Shown one piece after another: positions 12,912 through 26,096 of a stretch of DNA of 64,000 nucleotides; within the stretch, counting starts at the first letter, position 1; each line of letters starts with the position of its first letter. Both the position numbers and the translations under genes were made by a program. Location: the NCBI RefSeq assembly GCF_009914755.1, contig NC_060936.1; one strand, 5' to 3'. Below the pieces are notes generated by a model that saw nothing but the letters and a program-made list of their open reading frames with translations, was not told the origin of the DNA and searched no databases. The DNA is from the human T2T-CHM13v2.0 reference genome, Homo sapiens.

Positions 12912-14276
12912 AAACTTTATCAGTCCTTCAGACCCAAGTTGATTCTCTAGCTGCAGTTGTCCTCCAAAACTGCAGAGGCCTTGACTTACTCATTGCTGAA
13001 AAAGGAGGACTCTGTATATTTTTAAATGAAGAGTTTTGTTTTTACCTACATCAATCTGGCCTGGTGTATGACAACATAAAAAAACTCAAGGATAGAGCCC
13101 CAAAACTTGCCAACCAAGCAAGTAATTATGCTGAACCCCCATGGTCACTCTCTAATTGGATATTCTGGTGTTACTGGGGGTCCTTGCTCCCAGAACTCCC
13201 AAGATGATGGCTAGCACTTACAAAATGGCGGCAAGCCTCGTGTTCTGTGACCTGGGGTTCTTGGCCTCACAGGTTCCAAGGAATGGAATCTTGGGCCATG
13301 CGGTGAGTGTTATAGCTCTATTAGAAGCCATGGGTCACGGAAGAGAACCGTGGAACCCAGTGACTAGTGTTCAGCTCGATTAGGACGAACCCAGGCACTT
13401 AGCTGTGCAGGAACAATGGCAAGCCTTTAGACCGATCGGGAGCGGCAATGGGTGCCTCGCTGGATCAGGAGCACAGCAGACACCCTGCTGGATTGGGAGG
13501 GATGGAAGTCAGTGGCGGGTCTGCGATAGCAGCAAACAGCAGTGGTAGACGGCGAGCAAAAGCTCAGCTTGAGCTGTAACAAACATGGACCAAAAGAGAG
13601 TGCAGTTGCAAGATTTAATAGAGTGAAGACAGAGCTCCCATACAAAGGGAGGGGACCCAAAGAGCGTAGCCATTGCCACCTCGAATGCCTGGGTTTGTAT
13701 CCTGATCATTGTCCCTCCCGCTGTGCTCTCAGGCAATAGATGATTGGCTATTTCCTTACCTCCTGTTTTTGCCTAATTAGCATTTTAGTGAACTCTCTTT
13801 GCTATCTGATTGGTCGGGTGTGAGCTAAGTTGCAAGTCCTGTGTTTAAAGGTGGAAGTGGTCACCTTCCCAGCTAGGCTTAGGGATTCTTAGTCGGCTTA
13901 GGAAATCCAGCTAGTCCTGTCTCTCACTGGGTCCTCCCAATTCTTTGTCCTTTAATACCTGTTTTTCTCCTTCTCTTATTCAGACCTTGTGTCTTCCATT
14001 TAGTTTCTCAATTCATCCAAAACCGTATCCAGGCCATCACCAATCATTCTATACACAAATGCTCTTTCTAACAACCCCACAATATCACCCCTTACCACAA
14101 AATCTTCCTTCAGCTTAATGTCTCCCACTCTAGGTTCCCACGCCACCCCTAATCCTGCTCGAAGCAGCCCTGAGAAACATCATGATCTCTCCATACCTCC
14201 CCACAAAAATTTCTGCTGCCCCAACACTTCAACACTATTTTATGTTATTTTTCTTATTCATATAAGAAGACAGGAA
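12912..14276 (+). mobile_element. HERV-H env TM fragment and 3'UTR, plus arm (split by LTR17)
   Basis: Translates QTLSVLQTQVDSLAAVVLQNCRGLDLLIAEKGGLCIFLNEEFCFY (gamma-type TM with immunosuppressive domain); PPT aagaagacaggaa 14264-14276. Confidence 0.92.
13169..13926 (-). mobile_element. HERV-W solo LTR (LTR17)
   Basis: Minus strand starts tgagagacaggactagctggatttcct..., ends ...ggacccccagtaaca; exact 4-bp TSD ctgg. Confidence 0.92.
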
Positions 14277-14635
14277 TGTCAGGCCTCTGAGCCCAGGCCT
14301 GCATGTATATATCCAGATGACCTGAAGTAACTGAAGAATCACAAAAGAAGTGATAATGTGATAATGGCCAGTTCCTGCTTTAACTGATGACATTACCTTG
14401 TGAAATTCCTTCTCCTGGCTCAGAACCTCCCCCACTGAGCACCTTGTGACCCCCACCCCTGCCCGGAAGAGAACAACCCCCTTTGACTGTAATTTTCCAC
14501 TACCCACAGAAATCCTATAAAAAGGCCCCACCCCTATCTCCCTTGGACTCAGCCCACCTGCACCCAGGTGATTAAAAAGCTTTATTGCTCACACAAAGCC
14601 TGTTTGGTGGTCTCTTCACACAGACGCGCATGACA
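14277..14635 (+). mobile_element. HERV-H LTR7, 3'-LTR type (right arm of the inverted HERV-H element)
   Basis: tgtcaggcctctgagccc...cgcgcatgaca directly after the PPT. Confidence 0.93.
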
Positions 14636-17163
14636 TTCACCACCTGATATATAGCATTTTATGTGTTTCCTTACAACAGAACATAAGCTCTGTGAGGACA
14701 GATAATTTTGTTCATTGCTATATCCTCAGCATCCTGAAGAGAACCTGGCACAAAGTGTATGTTCAATAAAAATTTGTTGAATAAATGAAGTTATGGCAAT
14801 GAAGAAATTCATTATATGGAAACTTTCCTCTGTGGTTCTTCTTGAAAAATTTTAAACAAGTTCTGACTACCAGCTTTCAAATAGGTATTGGCTCTTATAT
14901 ATATATATATATTTTTAATCAATCCCTTAATATTTTGTCCACTCACTAAGGTAGAGTCTAACATCTTGCTTTTTATCTAGGTCCCTATATACCACAGTTC
15001 ACATTCTTCTTTAGTTGATGGAAAAAATGTCCAGTAGATAAATCTGAATTTGTGTGCAGACATGTTTTATTGTATTTGCATTACACTCTGGTATAATTAA
15101 TCCTAACCTGAATCACTGGAGTAAATTAGTTTGTTATTATGATTATAAATGAATTTTATTTGTTTTTCTTCGATATAAGATCATTTTGGATGATCTAGCC
15201 AATTCCTTCCTATCAGATGAATTTAGAAATAAATAATCTAGGAAAATTGTCCCACAATTTAAAAAAAAAACAGATCTGAAACAAGACTTATGATCAACAT
15301 TCCAGTTTGTTCTCTAACACATTTAGTGTGCTAAACATTCTGGGAACCTATTAATAATCTATAAGGGAGTTATACATATTTTATACTAAAGTATGTCTGA
15401 AAAGGCTATACCTTTATAGGTAATAAGCTCCTTACAAAAACACTTTCATGAATTTTTTATATTTATTTGGAAAAACAAAAATCTTCTCTCACTTTAGAAG
15501 GTCAGATATGACACCCAACTATTAATAAAATAGCGTTTGGTCTTGGATTCAGTAGTTGGGTAGCTTCCAATCAATGTCGAAAGATAGTTATCTGTTATAA
15601 TTTAATCAAGCAAGACATTGATATATAAAGTATAGTACAGCCTCTTATTCTTCACAGATAAATTAAATGAGTAAAGGAATAAAATGCTTACAAAAAGAAT
15701 CTCTACCTGAAGAATGACGATATTAGATAATAGAAAGACTATTAAACTCAATGTGTATTTTGATAACCTTTTTGGATGAGTGGGGTCAACCAGCTTATTC
15801 ACATTTCTTTAAACCTTAGTTTATTCATCTGTAAACAATGTGATTGGACTAGCTATCTCTAAAGTTCTTTCCACCTCCAGAATTTCTCATTTCTCAATTT
15901 GGCTTATTGTTATTATTTCCACAAGATATATTTTCTTTACACCTTGTATTTCCAGACATCCCTACAAAAATGTAAAGATGAAAAACAATGAATGCTAATA
16001 AACGCAATGCTGATAAAATCTTAAGACATCTTAAGAAATAATTATTTTCCTAAAACTTAATCAAATTATTCAAAAATGGAAAGAATAATGCATAATTTAA
16101 AGTAAAGCTGGCATGTGTAATGGAAAAATAATAATCCATGTTTTACTGTTTATCTTTTGATATGAAATATCTGAAGGCTGCTTACTGTGATAGGGAAAAG
16201 TTTTGTTGACTTAGTTTAGTTTGTTGGAAATGATTTTGAAGTTAATATCTGTATATATTCTGTCTGTAAGTGGAAGGATTTGGAGGAGCCCTGTTAAGAA
16301 GGCAGTGACATATAAAAATCTCTTTACAGCAACAACAAAACTCACTTCAAGAGAAGGAAAAACTTTCCTTATTTTTCTTTTTGTATCTGCTCACTGCCTT
16401 AAAACCACTGCTTCATTGTTGAAACTTTATCAGATTAATTAACATTTTGAGATTTTGTGATTACCATTACATGTTTTCAACATTAACTCAGCCTGTATGT
16501 CAACATGAGCTAGTTCTAAGTCTTGTGACTAAGTTAAACTTAACTACAGATAAAGTTATAATATCTTGTGAAATGGTAGTTTTAAAGGTGTCATCCTAAC
16601 CTTTTATATATCATTTTATTTTAACAAAAATTGTATAGGAACCCTTCTGGATTTCTGAGTAGTTCTATGAGTTTTGACTCAGTGTATGAGTTTCAGTTAT
16701 TCACACATATTCTTTCTCTTTCTATCAGCATTCTAGAGGTGCTTTGAATAGATTACCTGCTGCTTCTCATTTCCTCATTCTATTGTGATAGTACAGAGAG
16801 CTACATACATACATACATCGAAGCACATAGAATTTTTTTCTGAGAAAATGTGAAGCCAATTACAAAATACATTGAATTTCTGCATTAAGAGCCTATTCCT
16901 GAATCATAGTGACATGAGCAATTAGAAAAAATTGCCTGAAAATGAAGTACTCTTGAGAATATACCTTAGAGCTCCTGGCTGTTAATAATTTCTTAAGTAG
17001 ATGTGGACAAACAGTGAAAGATTGTGACATCCTTATGAGGAACAGTTTGTCCATTACAATATTTTATGCTATCAAACTCTTTGGTAATTTCCATGGCAGA
17101 GTAAATGTTACACAAAAAGCTCTCCAGAATTCTTAAGAATAATAAATGAATTTCTGTAATACA

Positions 17164-17483
<320 letters not shown>

Positions 17484-18635
17484 TAGGTAACAGGGACAGC
17501 CAAGTTTATAAGCTTCACAATCAGATAATGCAGGTTCCTATTCATTTTAGCAATTAGAATAGTGTCTACAAACTAAGTTCAGTAGCATGAACTTGAGAGT
17601 TAGTCTGGATTCAAATCCTAGCCCTACCTCATTTTAGCTGGTGAAACTTCTTAAGCTTCTTCATGCAAATATAACATCAATAGCTCTCAGTTCCATTGCT
17701 GTATTCTTGAACTCCATGAGAGAAAACACAAACCCCCAGCAATATTTTTACAATTTAATTTTTCCTGGTAGTCTTGCCTTTACATGCAGAAGCTGCCTCT
17801 CAAGCTATTTCCTCAGTGACCCTTCCCTGTCCACCTACATAAAAGAGATCCTCCTTGAGCCCTTCACCCTAAGGCATTTATGTTGTCCTCTTTCTTTTCA
17901 CTCTGAGTTTCTGTCACAAATATCTCTAACAGTTGACACTGCGTATTGTGCTTCAAGGGTTAGAGGACAAGAAAACTGCACCACTCAACTTGAAACCATC
18001 AAACTCCTCTTAATAAGTACTTTATGAGTACCTATTGTTAAGATTAAATGAGGTAATGGTCTTGGAAACAGCTGACATGTAGTTAAGGTCTTTATAAAGG
18101 CTAACTATTATTATGAGACAAGTTTATTGCATTGGCTGAACTTAATAAGAGTACAAAGAGAAAATAGCTCTATTTTATTTTTCCAAATATGGTCTTTTAA
18201 GAGGTTAGGTCATTCTCCTGTGCTCACCCCAGTATAATGAGTCAGGAAAATGTCACCTTTTTTCCAAGTGTGTTGGGGATGTGAGAACAGATTTAAAAAA
18301 ATCGAGTCAAGTATAAAATCATCACTTCAATCTGTTGTACAATTTAAAGCCTGAGCCCAAACCCTGCAGGTCAACAGCAGGTAAAGTTCTGCTTTACTGT
18401 TTTCCTTACTCCACTTTCTTTGCACGAATTTTGCTCCTTCTGGCTCCTAGGATGCTGATGGGTCAAGATCCATTCAAAGTTTATACTGAATTTAATTGAT
18501 TATGAACATATTGTGAAATTAAGTTGATTAGCATAAATTTACATAACACTTTATATTTTATCTTTTACAATAAAGATATGCATTAATTGGTGAAATTTTA
18601 ATTCTGTCCCTCAGCAACATTTCACAAAGAGACAG

Positions 18636-18681
18636 AAGGAGAGAAAGAGAGGAGAGAGAGTGAGAGAGTGTGTGTGTGTGT
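18636..18681. repeat. (GA)n/(GT)n microsatellite
   Basis: Direct reading. Confidence 0.85.
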
Positions 18682-19707
18682 ACCGGATTGCCATGTAAAG
18701 CGTATTTTATGCCATAGGTTATGATGTAAGAGATTTCAGTAATTTAAAGACCATTGGATTATTGGTGCTGGATATTAATACCTTCTGTCTTTGGAACATA
18801 GGGCTTTGTCTCTCCTGGGATGTCTTTCGTCTCTTCAGAGACCTCTCACAGAACATACTACATTGTGTTCTCTGGATGAGGTGCTCTCCTGTTGACCACT
18901 TATTATTTCCTTGCTACTGTCTCCAATGGTACATCCCTGGCCTCTTCATCCTAACAGGCAGCCCTTTCTAACAGCCTCCTTTCCAGCTGAACTGGGCTCA
19001 TGGGACACACTCACTCTTGCCCAGGCAGCAGTGGAATGCAGGCTGCCTTCACTGCAACCTTGTTCATTCAACTTTCTACCTTTAGATTTCTGTAGATGAA
19101 AGTCTGGGTCTAGTCTCTGGCTCCCAAACTCCAGGAGACTCAAGTTAGAGGAATTCTCTCATACTCTATTCTAGCGCTAGGAGGGCTTATATGGTTAATA
19201 GACTCATTAATTGTCTTACCAGAGAAAGAAATTGTAATCTCTTTTGCTTATTGTCAAACACCATCACTATGAAGGTTGTCATGGGTCTCCTAACTTGGCA
19301 CATGAGCTGAGGAAGCGAGAGAAGAGAGGGAAAGGACATAGCTCACTTTAAAATTATTAATTATCTTCAAAGGATACTTGATGTTATTTCTACTCAATAT
19401 TTTGGAAACACTTGTATAGATTGAAGGTAGAATTTGTTAGGAGTCATAGGTTACCTCTGTGTAGTTTCTGTGGAGATATGTCTTAAACTCTGCAATCATT
19501 ATCAGTAAGTTATTGATTACTAACTGCTCTCAATTTTGGGGCCTTTGTAAATCTCCAAGACAATAGGAAATGTACCATTTACTGTCTTGTTGAACTTTAT
19601 TATTCTTCTGCATTACCTCCTTTTCCTTGAAGCTCTTTTCAGGGACTTTTATACTGTGCTGATGGCCAGGAGATTCTGAGTGAGCACTCAGGGGATTCTG
19701 AATATTA

Positions 19708-19764
19708 AATATATATATATAATATATATGTGTGTGTGTGTGTGTGTTTATTTTAATATATATA
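19708..19764. repeat. (TA)n/(TG)n microsatellite
   Basis: Direct reading. Confidence 0.85.
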
Positions 19765-19980
19765 TTCCCCTGTTTCCCTTAAAGTTGTGGGAAAATACTG
19801 CCATAGTCTGAGACTTTTGATTGGTCCAAATGTGGGTACCTAATTTAAGCTGGATCAACGAGTCTCTTTTCGAGTATTTTTTGAAGAACGTGGATTTAGA
19901 AAATGTGCTTCTAAATCATCGTGTCTCTCTAGTAAATGAGTAAGATTTTCTAAATTAGGGGTGGCTAGTTATTATTATAA

Positions 19981-20546
19981 TGCAGTGACCCCACCATGGT
20001 GCCCTGATGACCTTGCACATGCCTGCCCAGGCCACACAGACAAATGCTTGTGCCAAGACTCAGAATAGCAACTCCAGCAATTCTGAGTCTTGGCAGAATG
20101 CCTTCCAAGTCTCCCAGAACAGGATGCGAGGCCTATAAGGAGCTACTACGAAACCGTCACCCCCTTGCTTCCCCATCTTTACTAGGAGTCTGTCATGAGA
20201 CAGTTTCTCATCCACACTTTGCTGCTGATGCCTTGCCCTTTTCTCCTCCCCTAGGAATAGAGCTGCAGATTGTAAAAACACTTAACTGCTGTCTAGAATT
20301 GGCTCTTCATCAACAGGGTATCTCACAACTCACACTGTAGTCATCTGGTCCCCTCATGCTTCAGTGTCTTGCTTTTTGGTGAGTGCTACAAAACCCTGGG
20401 GAGCTGGCACCTTTGACTTAACTTTTCCTTTCACTGTCAATGTAAGTCATAAACTGTGTGAATTTAAAAGTGGCTTGCTGTAACTTTACCTGTCGAATCA
20501 GTCAGGCTTTGGCCTTGGCCTTGATTTGCCTTGCACATGCTTGCAA
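19981..20546 (+). mobile_element. Old solo LTR (ERVL-type, MER74/MER76-like)
   Basis: TG start, polyA-signal-like cataaa near 20448, ...ggccttggccttg...gcacatgcttgca end; family assignment tentative. Confidence 0.5.
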
Positions 20547-21103
20547 GTTATATGTCCTGTCCACTGGCGGTGGGGAAGGGGCTGTTTGATCAATCTTCAA
20601 TAAAAGAGAATAAAATAGAGACAAGAAAAGAGAGTCTAAAAGTGTTCTGGTTGCTGCCCCTCCAACCTTGCTATATCTTAATTATTTAAGCCTTTCCTAA
20701 TTCTGCATATTATTAGTTTACGTTGTATTTCTGTTTCTGGAAGTCAAATAAGTCTTGACTCATCTACATGAAATTCCCCTACATTTCTCCAACCCTGGTA
20801 TCCTGGTGTCAGCAGTTACTAAATTGATTTAAATGAGTCAAATTGTTCTGTGACTCCATTACCCCAATTCCTACTACAGAACACATGCTCTTTTAATCAA
20901 TGAGTGCTCATTATTTTCCTGTTCACATCTATTTCTGGGGAATTGTTGTGGACAGTGATGGACCAATTACTTATCTAGGTCTGTTCTCAGATGCTACTTT
21001 CAGGAGGATTTGGAGTCCTTGATTCCAACCCAGAACAAATTAATCAATTCATATCGGTAAACGGTGAATTGACAAATACAAATTAAAAAAAGATAATTAT
21101 CTC

Positions 21104-21763
21104 TGTCGAAAATATGTAGACATTTTCCTCCCTTCTATTTTCTTAAAGCATTTACTTTAGAAAACTTTTAAGTTCTTTCTTCTTTTGGTTTAAACATAAA
21201 TAAATCCTTTTAATAGCTAAATAAGTCTCTTGCCACTTTTAAAACTCAGGAATGTCTTTCTTAAGTACTTGGGACCATTTCTTTGAAATGTAAACATCAA
21301 GTGAGATAGTGCCAACATCTCCCAGTGTCTGTGGAAGGATAGGAGCCTAACTTCCAGGAGCTCTTTGCTCCAACATCCAAAATTACCTTCTGTCATAAAG
21401 ATAGGAGAAATTTGTTTTTTCTTTGTATAAAGTCAATTAATTAACACATATAGTATCTTAATTACCAGGTGAATTTAGGGTGAATTATGTGTATTAAAAA
21501 CATGGCATTGTCTAGTCCTCTTATTTAAAGACTAGTTATTGTTTATCTTGAAGACATATATATAATGGGCTGTATCTACCTGCCTAGATAAAAAGGTAAG
21601 ATTTTTTTCTGTCTTTGCAGTCTCTTGGTGGATTGCCTGTGATACTCATCACATTCTGATTTAATGTTTCTTTCAGTAGCAAATTTCTTTTTTCTTTACT
21701 ACTTTTGTGGTAATCTTTTCTGTGTTAGGAGAAGACTTTGTTTTTATCTATATTTCTTCAGTA
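21104..21763 (+). mobile_element. ERV1 solo LTR (MER34/MER65-like)
   Basis: ctttgaaatgtaaacatcaag...ggataggagcctaacttc motif, ggattgcctgtgatactcatcacattct 3' part. Confidence 0.6.
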
Positions 21764-22035
21764 ATGAGTCTGAGCAATTACGTTTTAAAAACGTCACAGA
21801 TATCTTTTTAGGCACACCTAGCTAATGCTTTGTGTCTTGTATAGGAGTGGATGAGGCTGCCTACCTCCCAGCAACAATTGATCTAAATTCCACTTGTCAA
21901 GCATGAGTACAGTCCTTCTCACAAAGCAGAACGGATGGTCTTTTGTACTAGATAAGATACGAAGGACAATATTAAGAAAGGATAAGGAAAAATAACTTAT
22001 AAATATGCTCACTATGTAACCAGCTCCAAATCTCA

Positions 22036-22310
22036 GGAGGCAGCATAGTACAAGAAAGGCATGAACTTCAGCCAGCCAGTCTGAGCAGGGTTCTCTTTCT
22101 AGCTTCTCTACCTACTGTGTCTGACCATGGGCCTGTCACTTAACCACACACAGCCTCAGTTTCTTCACTTAGAAAATCAGCTTTCCCTATGTATACACTC
22201 TGTACTTTACTGTACCTATCTCACTGGTGTACTCTGATGATGAGATAATCTGAAGTGTTTCATTCAGAACCTGGTGAATAGTTAGTGCTCAACATTAAAT
22301 TGTTATAATT
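22036..22310 (+). mobile_element. MIR element
   Basis: MIR core tcacttaacc..agcctcagtttcttcact; tail atagttagtgctcaac. Confidence 0.65.
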
Positions 22311-22967
22311 TCCAGCGTGCCAACAAGTTTCTTGCTTCTTTCTAATTTCACAATCAGAACTTCAATATTGTTTTTTGTCTCAAAGGCCATTCAATCACTA
22401 AGCACCATTCTTAAGTTGCAAATATCCCTGGAGTAAGGTAACCTTTTGAACTAATTTTAGCACCTTGTAAGTAATAGTTTCAAATGCACTCGCTATCTAA
22501 AAGTGAAATGTCTTGAGCGAAAAAGGAGAAGGGATGGGATTGATGACTTGGTTGGTGTTACAACGGTGGAGATTGGAAGAGATCTAAAGGAGGATGTGAA
22601 CTGGAGATGTGAGGTCCATCCTTATAATGGAACCAAGCCAGATAGTATAAAACCCCCAAAGAATCGGCTCTTTGACAACACGAATGAAGATGATATACTC
22701 CTCTAGGCATTTTGAATGCATCTGGTCATTTAATACTCACAACATCCCTGTAGTGTACAGAGTAGTGCCCCTGTTAGAGATGAGAAAACTCAATATATTT
22801 AGGGCAACTAGTGCAGCTACAACCCAAGTACCCCCAAATCTCAGTAGCCTAACACATTAATTATAATAATGTATTTCTCACTTTCTGTAAGTCAGAAGTA
22901 GGACAAGAGTCTCTCCTTGGCAAATTTCTCGCAAGCTGGGACCCTGGGATCCAGGAACCAGTCATAG

Positions 22968-23600
22968 TGTTACTGGAAAAGGGTCCCAATCCAGACCCCA
23001 AGAGAGAGCTGTTTGGACTTCGTGCAAGAAATAATTCAAGGTGAGTCCATAGAGTAAAGTGACAGAAAGTTTATTAAGAAAGCAAAGGACTAAAAGAATG
23101 GCTACTGTATAGGCAGAGCAGCCCAGAGGGCTGCTGGTTGGCTATTTTTTGGTTATTTCTTGATTATATGCTAAACAAGGGGTGGATTATTCATGAATTT
23201 TCTGGGAAAGGGGTGGGCAATTCCCAGAACTGAGGGTTCCTCCCCTTTTTAGACCATATATGGTAACTTCCAGACATTGCCATGGCATCTGTAAACTGTC
23301 ACGGCACTGGTGGGGGTGTCTTTTAGCACATAATGCATTGTAATTACTCTATAATGAGCAGTGAGATGACCAGAGGTCACTTTCTTCGCCATCTCGGTTT
23401 TGGTGGGTTTTGGTCACTGGCTTCTTTACTGCATCCTTTTATCAGCAAGGTCTTTTTGACCTTTACCTTGCGCCCACCTCCTATCTCATTCTGTGACTTA
23501 GAATGCCTAACCTCCTGGGAATGCAGCCCAGTAGGTCACAGACTTATTTTACCCAGCCGCTATTCAAGATGGAGTTGTCCTGGTTCAAACACCTCTGACA
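22968..23600 (-). mobile_element. MER41B-like solo LTR, inserted in an older MLT1 LTR (about 22805-23840)
   Basis: Minus start tgtcagaggtgtttgaaccagg..actccatcttgaata; 633 bp; tandem GAS motifs; near-TSD atag/attg. Confidence 0.88.
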
Positions 23601-26096
23601 ATTGTGAGAGTCAGCAGTTTCAGGATTCACTTTCAGTCACACACAGCCTGGAAAAAGGAAGGGAGCTGAATTGCCCCGAAGATTTTAGAGACTGGGTTGG
23701 GAAAAGATATACAATATCCGCTCATGCTTCATGGGCATTTTAACCCTAACCTAACTGCAAAGGAGATTGGGAATTGAAATCTTCTTGTGTACCCCTGATG
23801 AGGAAACAAGATCTGTGAGGCTATAACCTGTTTTTACCACCCTAGGAAAGTTAGGGTGTCAGTCTGGAACCTCTAATAAGGGCAATAAAAGTGTTGTAAT
23901 ATTCATGAAATCAGTACCTCATACAGAATCATGTAGGAAACCCTCAAGCGGGGGGAAAAAAACCCCAAAAATATTTGTGTTGCTGAAAAGAACAGTAACG
24001 TTTTTCTTAGAAAATCTGCAGATTGTTAGATTTACTATTTCTAAGATTTGTTCATGTTCTAAGCATAGGTGAAGTCCAAGAAAGCAATGAGCTATGTTCT
24101 GAGTGAGTAATCTTGCCAGTAGCAAATAATTCCCTTTATTTAGAGCAATAATGTTCTCTATGTTGCTGTAGATGCTACTCTGCAATTTTGTTAGTCTTCT
24201 GTAAACATAAATCCTGAGTACATTATGGGAGCATGAGAGAGGCAGGATTAAGTAACAGACTGGGTGGATGTGTCTCTTAGCCTGGAGAGAAAGAAGAGAT
24301 GTACACCAGCTGCAGACCTCCCAAGGGAAACAGAGAAAGATTGGATTTCTTCACCTAGTATTCTAGTGTAAATAAGACTGAGCCCATACTTCCCCAGTAA
24401 TTAAACATTTGCTTTCATTCTGAAAATCAAAGGTACCTCTGAGAACATCTAAGACAAATTCTTAATGACTGTCATTTGTGAGCTTTGGGAAATAGCATAT
24501 CACACTTGGGGATATGGCCTCGAAATAGCTGGTGGGGAAACTCCTATCTCATCTTATTCTGAGTCACTGGTGCTAATTTTGCAGTGAGATCAATTTCTGG
24601 AAAGCTTACTATGGAAGTCAGGAACAGATAACTGTTGCATAATTACTGAGATTAGAGCATATTCATTTTCCTCATTGCGTGATTTTAATTTAGTCCATCT
24701 TACCACAAATGAGAAACGTTGTCAAAGAGTAGTTTGTCATTTCAAAATTAAGGGCCTGGTGTTTTGATTGAGGGGCATAGATGAATGGAATGGGGGGCCT
24801 TGATCACAGTGGGGTGTTCCTACAAGAATTTCAAATAAGATGTTAATTGTTTTAATATTTTACTTTTCTCTTATTTCAAGATAATGCAGGTTCATCTGAA
24901 AAATTTAACATAAAATTAATATAAGCATTATTCATAAATCTATCTCACAGATAACTACTAAAAGCATTAGTTGTCTATTCTCACAATTATTTTTGCTTCT
25001 GTATGTCCCTCTTTCTCTACAGAAATGCACCACACTATATATACTTTGACTTCTGAAAGGAAAATTCACCTAATAGTTTATTTTGGACATTTTCCTTCAA
25101 TAAATCTTCTGTGATCTCTTTAATGACTGCATGAAATTTCATAGATAATAATATTATTTCCCCTGCCTGAAATATTCTTTGCCCTGGTTTTTGTGGGACT
25201 ATCTCATTTTATATTATTCACATCTCAGAAAATGTCAACATGCTGAAACCCTGACTATTGAATCCAAAGGAGCCAGCTAGTCATCCTCTATCATATCACT
25301 CTTTAAATTTTCTGTACACCCTTTCATCATTGTCTGGTATCTCCTTTCATTTATTTTTCTCTTCTTTTTATATCCTTCCTTCTCTATTTCATTGTTTCCT
25401 TCTTTATTTTTTTATTGTCACTTTTCTTAACTCAACTATAAGATTTTTTTCTTCTTACCAGAACAGCTTACTGTAATTATCAGACCATAACATTTATTTG
25501 TTACTCGAGTTTTCTGCTTCCTCTTTGGTTTTTGGTGTCTGGAGATGTCCCTCACCTTCTCACAAGTTTAATTGTGTATTTTAAAGGTATTAAGGATACA
25601 TTATGTGTATCAAAACATCACTGTGTACCCCATAAATATGTGCATTATTGCTTGCCCATTAAAAAATAAAATAAAAAATATCAGTTAATTATAAACAAAA
25701 TTTTTAGATACTTTATAGCAATAAGGATTTTTTTGGGGGGATAATTATTCTATTTTGGAGAGTGTGCTTTATAAGACTCTGTTCCATTTTTACATTGTCA
25801 CCTGATGTAGAGTTAATTTTCCATGTTTTTCTCCAGATGTGTTTTAAAAATTAAGTAAATGTTAGGAAAATACACATGCACTTCAGAAATTGGTGGTAGG
25901 TTGTCTAGAATCTACTGAAAGAGATTCAATTTCTCTCTGGGTCATTGAATAAAATTTATTTCATATAGGTAAGACATGGGCTCCTTTTCAAAACCTCAAT
26001 ATTTAATATTTCTTTATAACATTATTGAAGAATAACAAATTCTTAGATGAGCAAACAATTGGGGAATAAGGTAATAAAAATGTATTAGAAAATTTG

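Larger units (their letters stand above)
1555..14790 (+). mobile_element. Ancient L2 element broken into pieces (about 1555-1620, 2160-2257, 2858-2884, 4680-4901, 5330-5558, 14636-14790) by later insertions
   Basis: L2-like text resumes across each insertion (e.g. agcactcatcac|cacctgatat); typical L2 3' end ...gttcaataaaaatttgttgaataaatgaa near 14790. Confidence 0.75.

Noticed and set aside
5559-14635. Inverted HERV-H as an assembly fold-back artefact
   Set aside because: The arms are diverged, differ by block indels, and each carries a different TSD-flanked old insertion, which an artefact would not produce.
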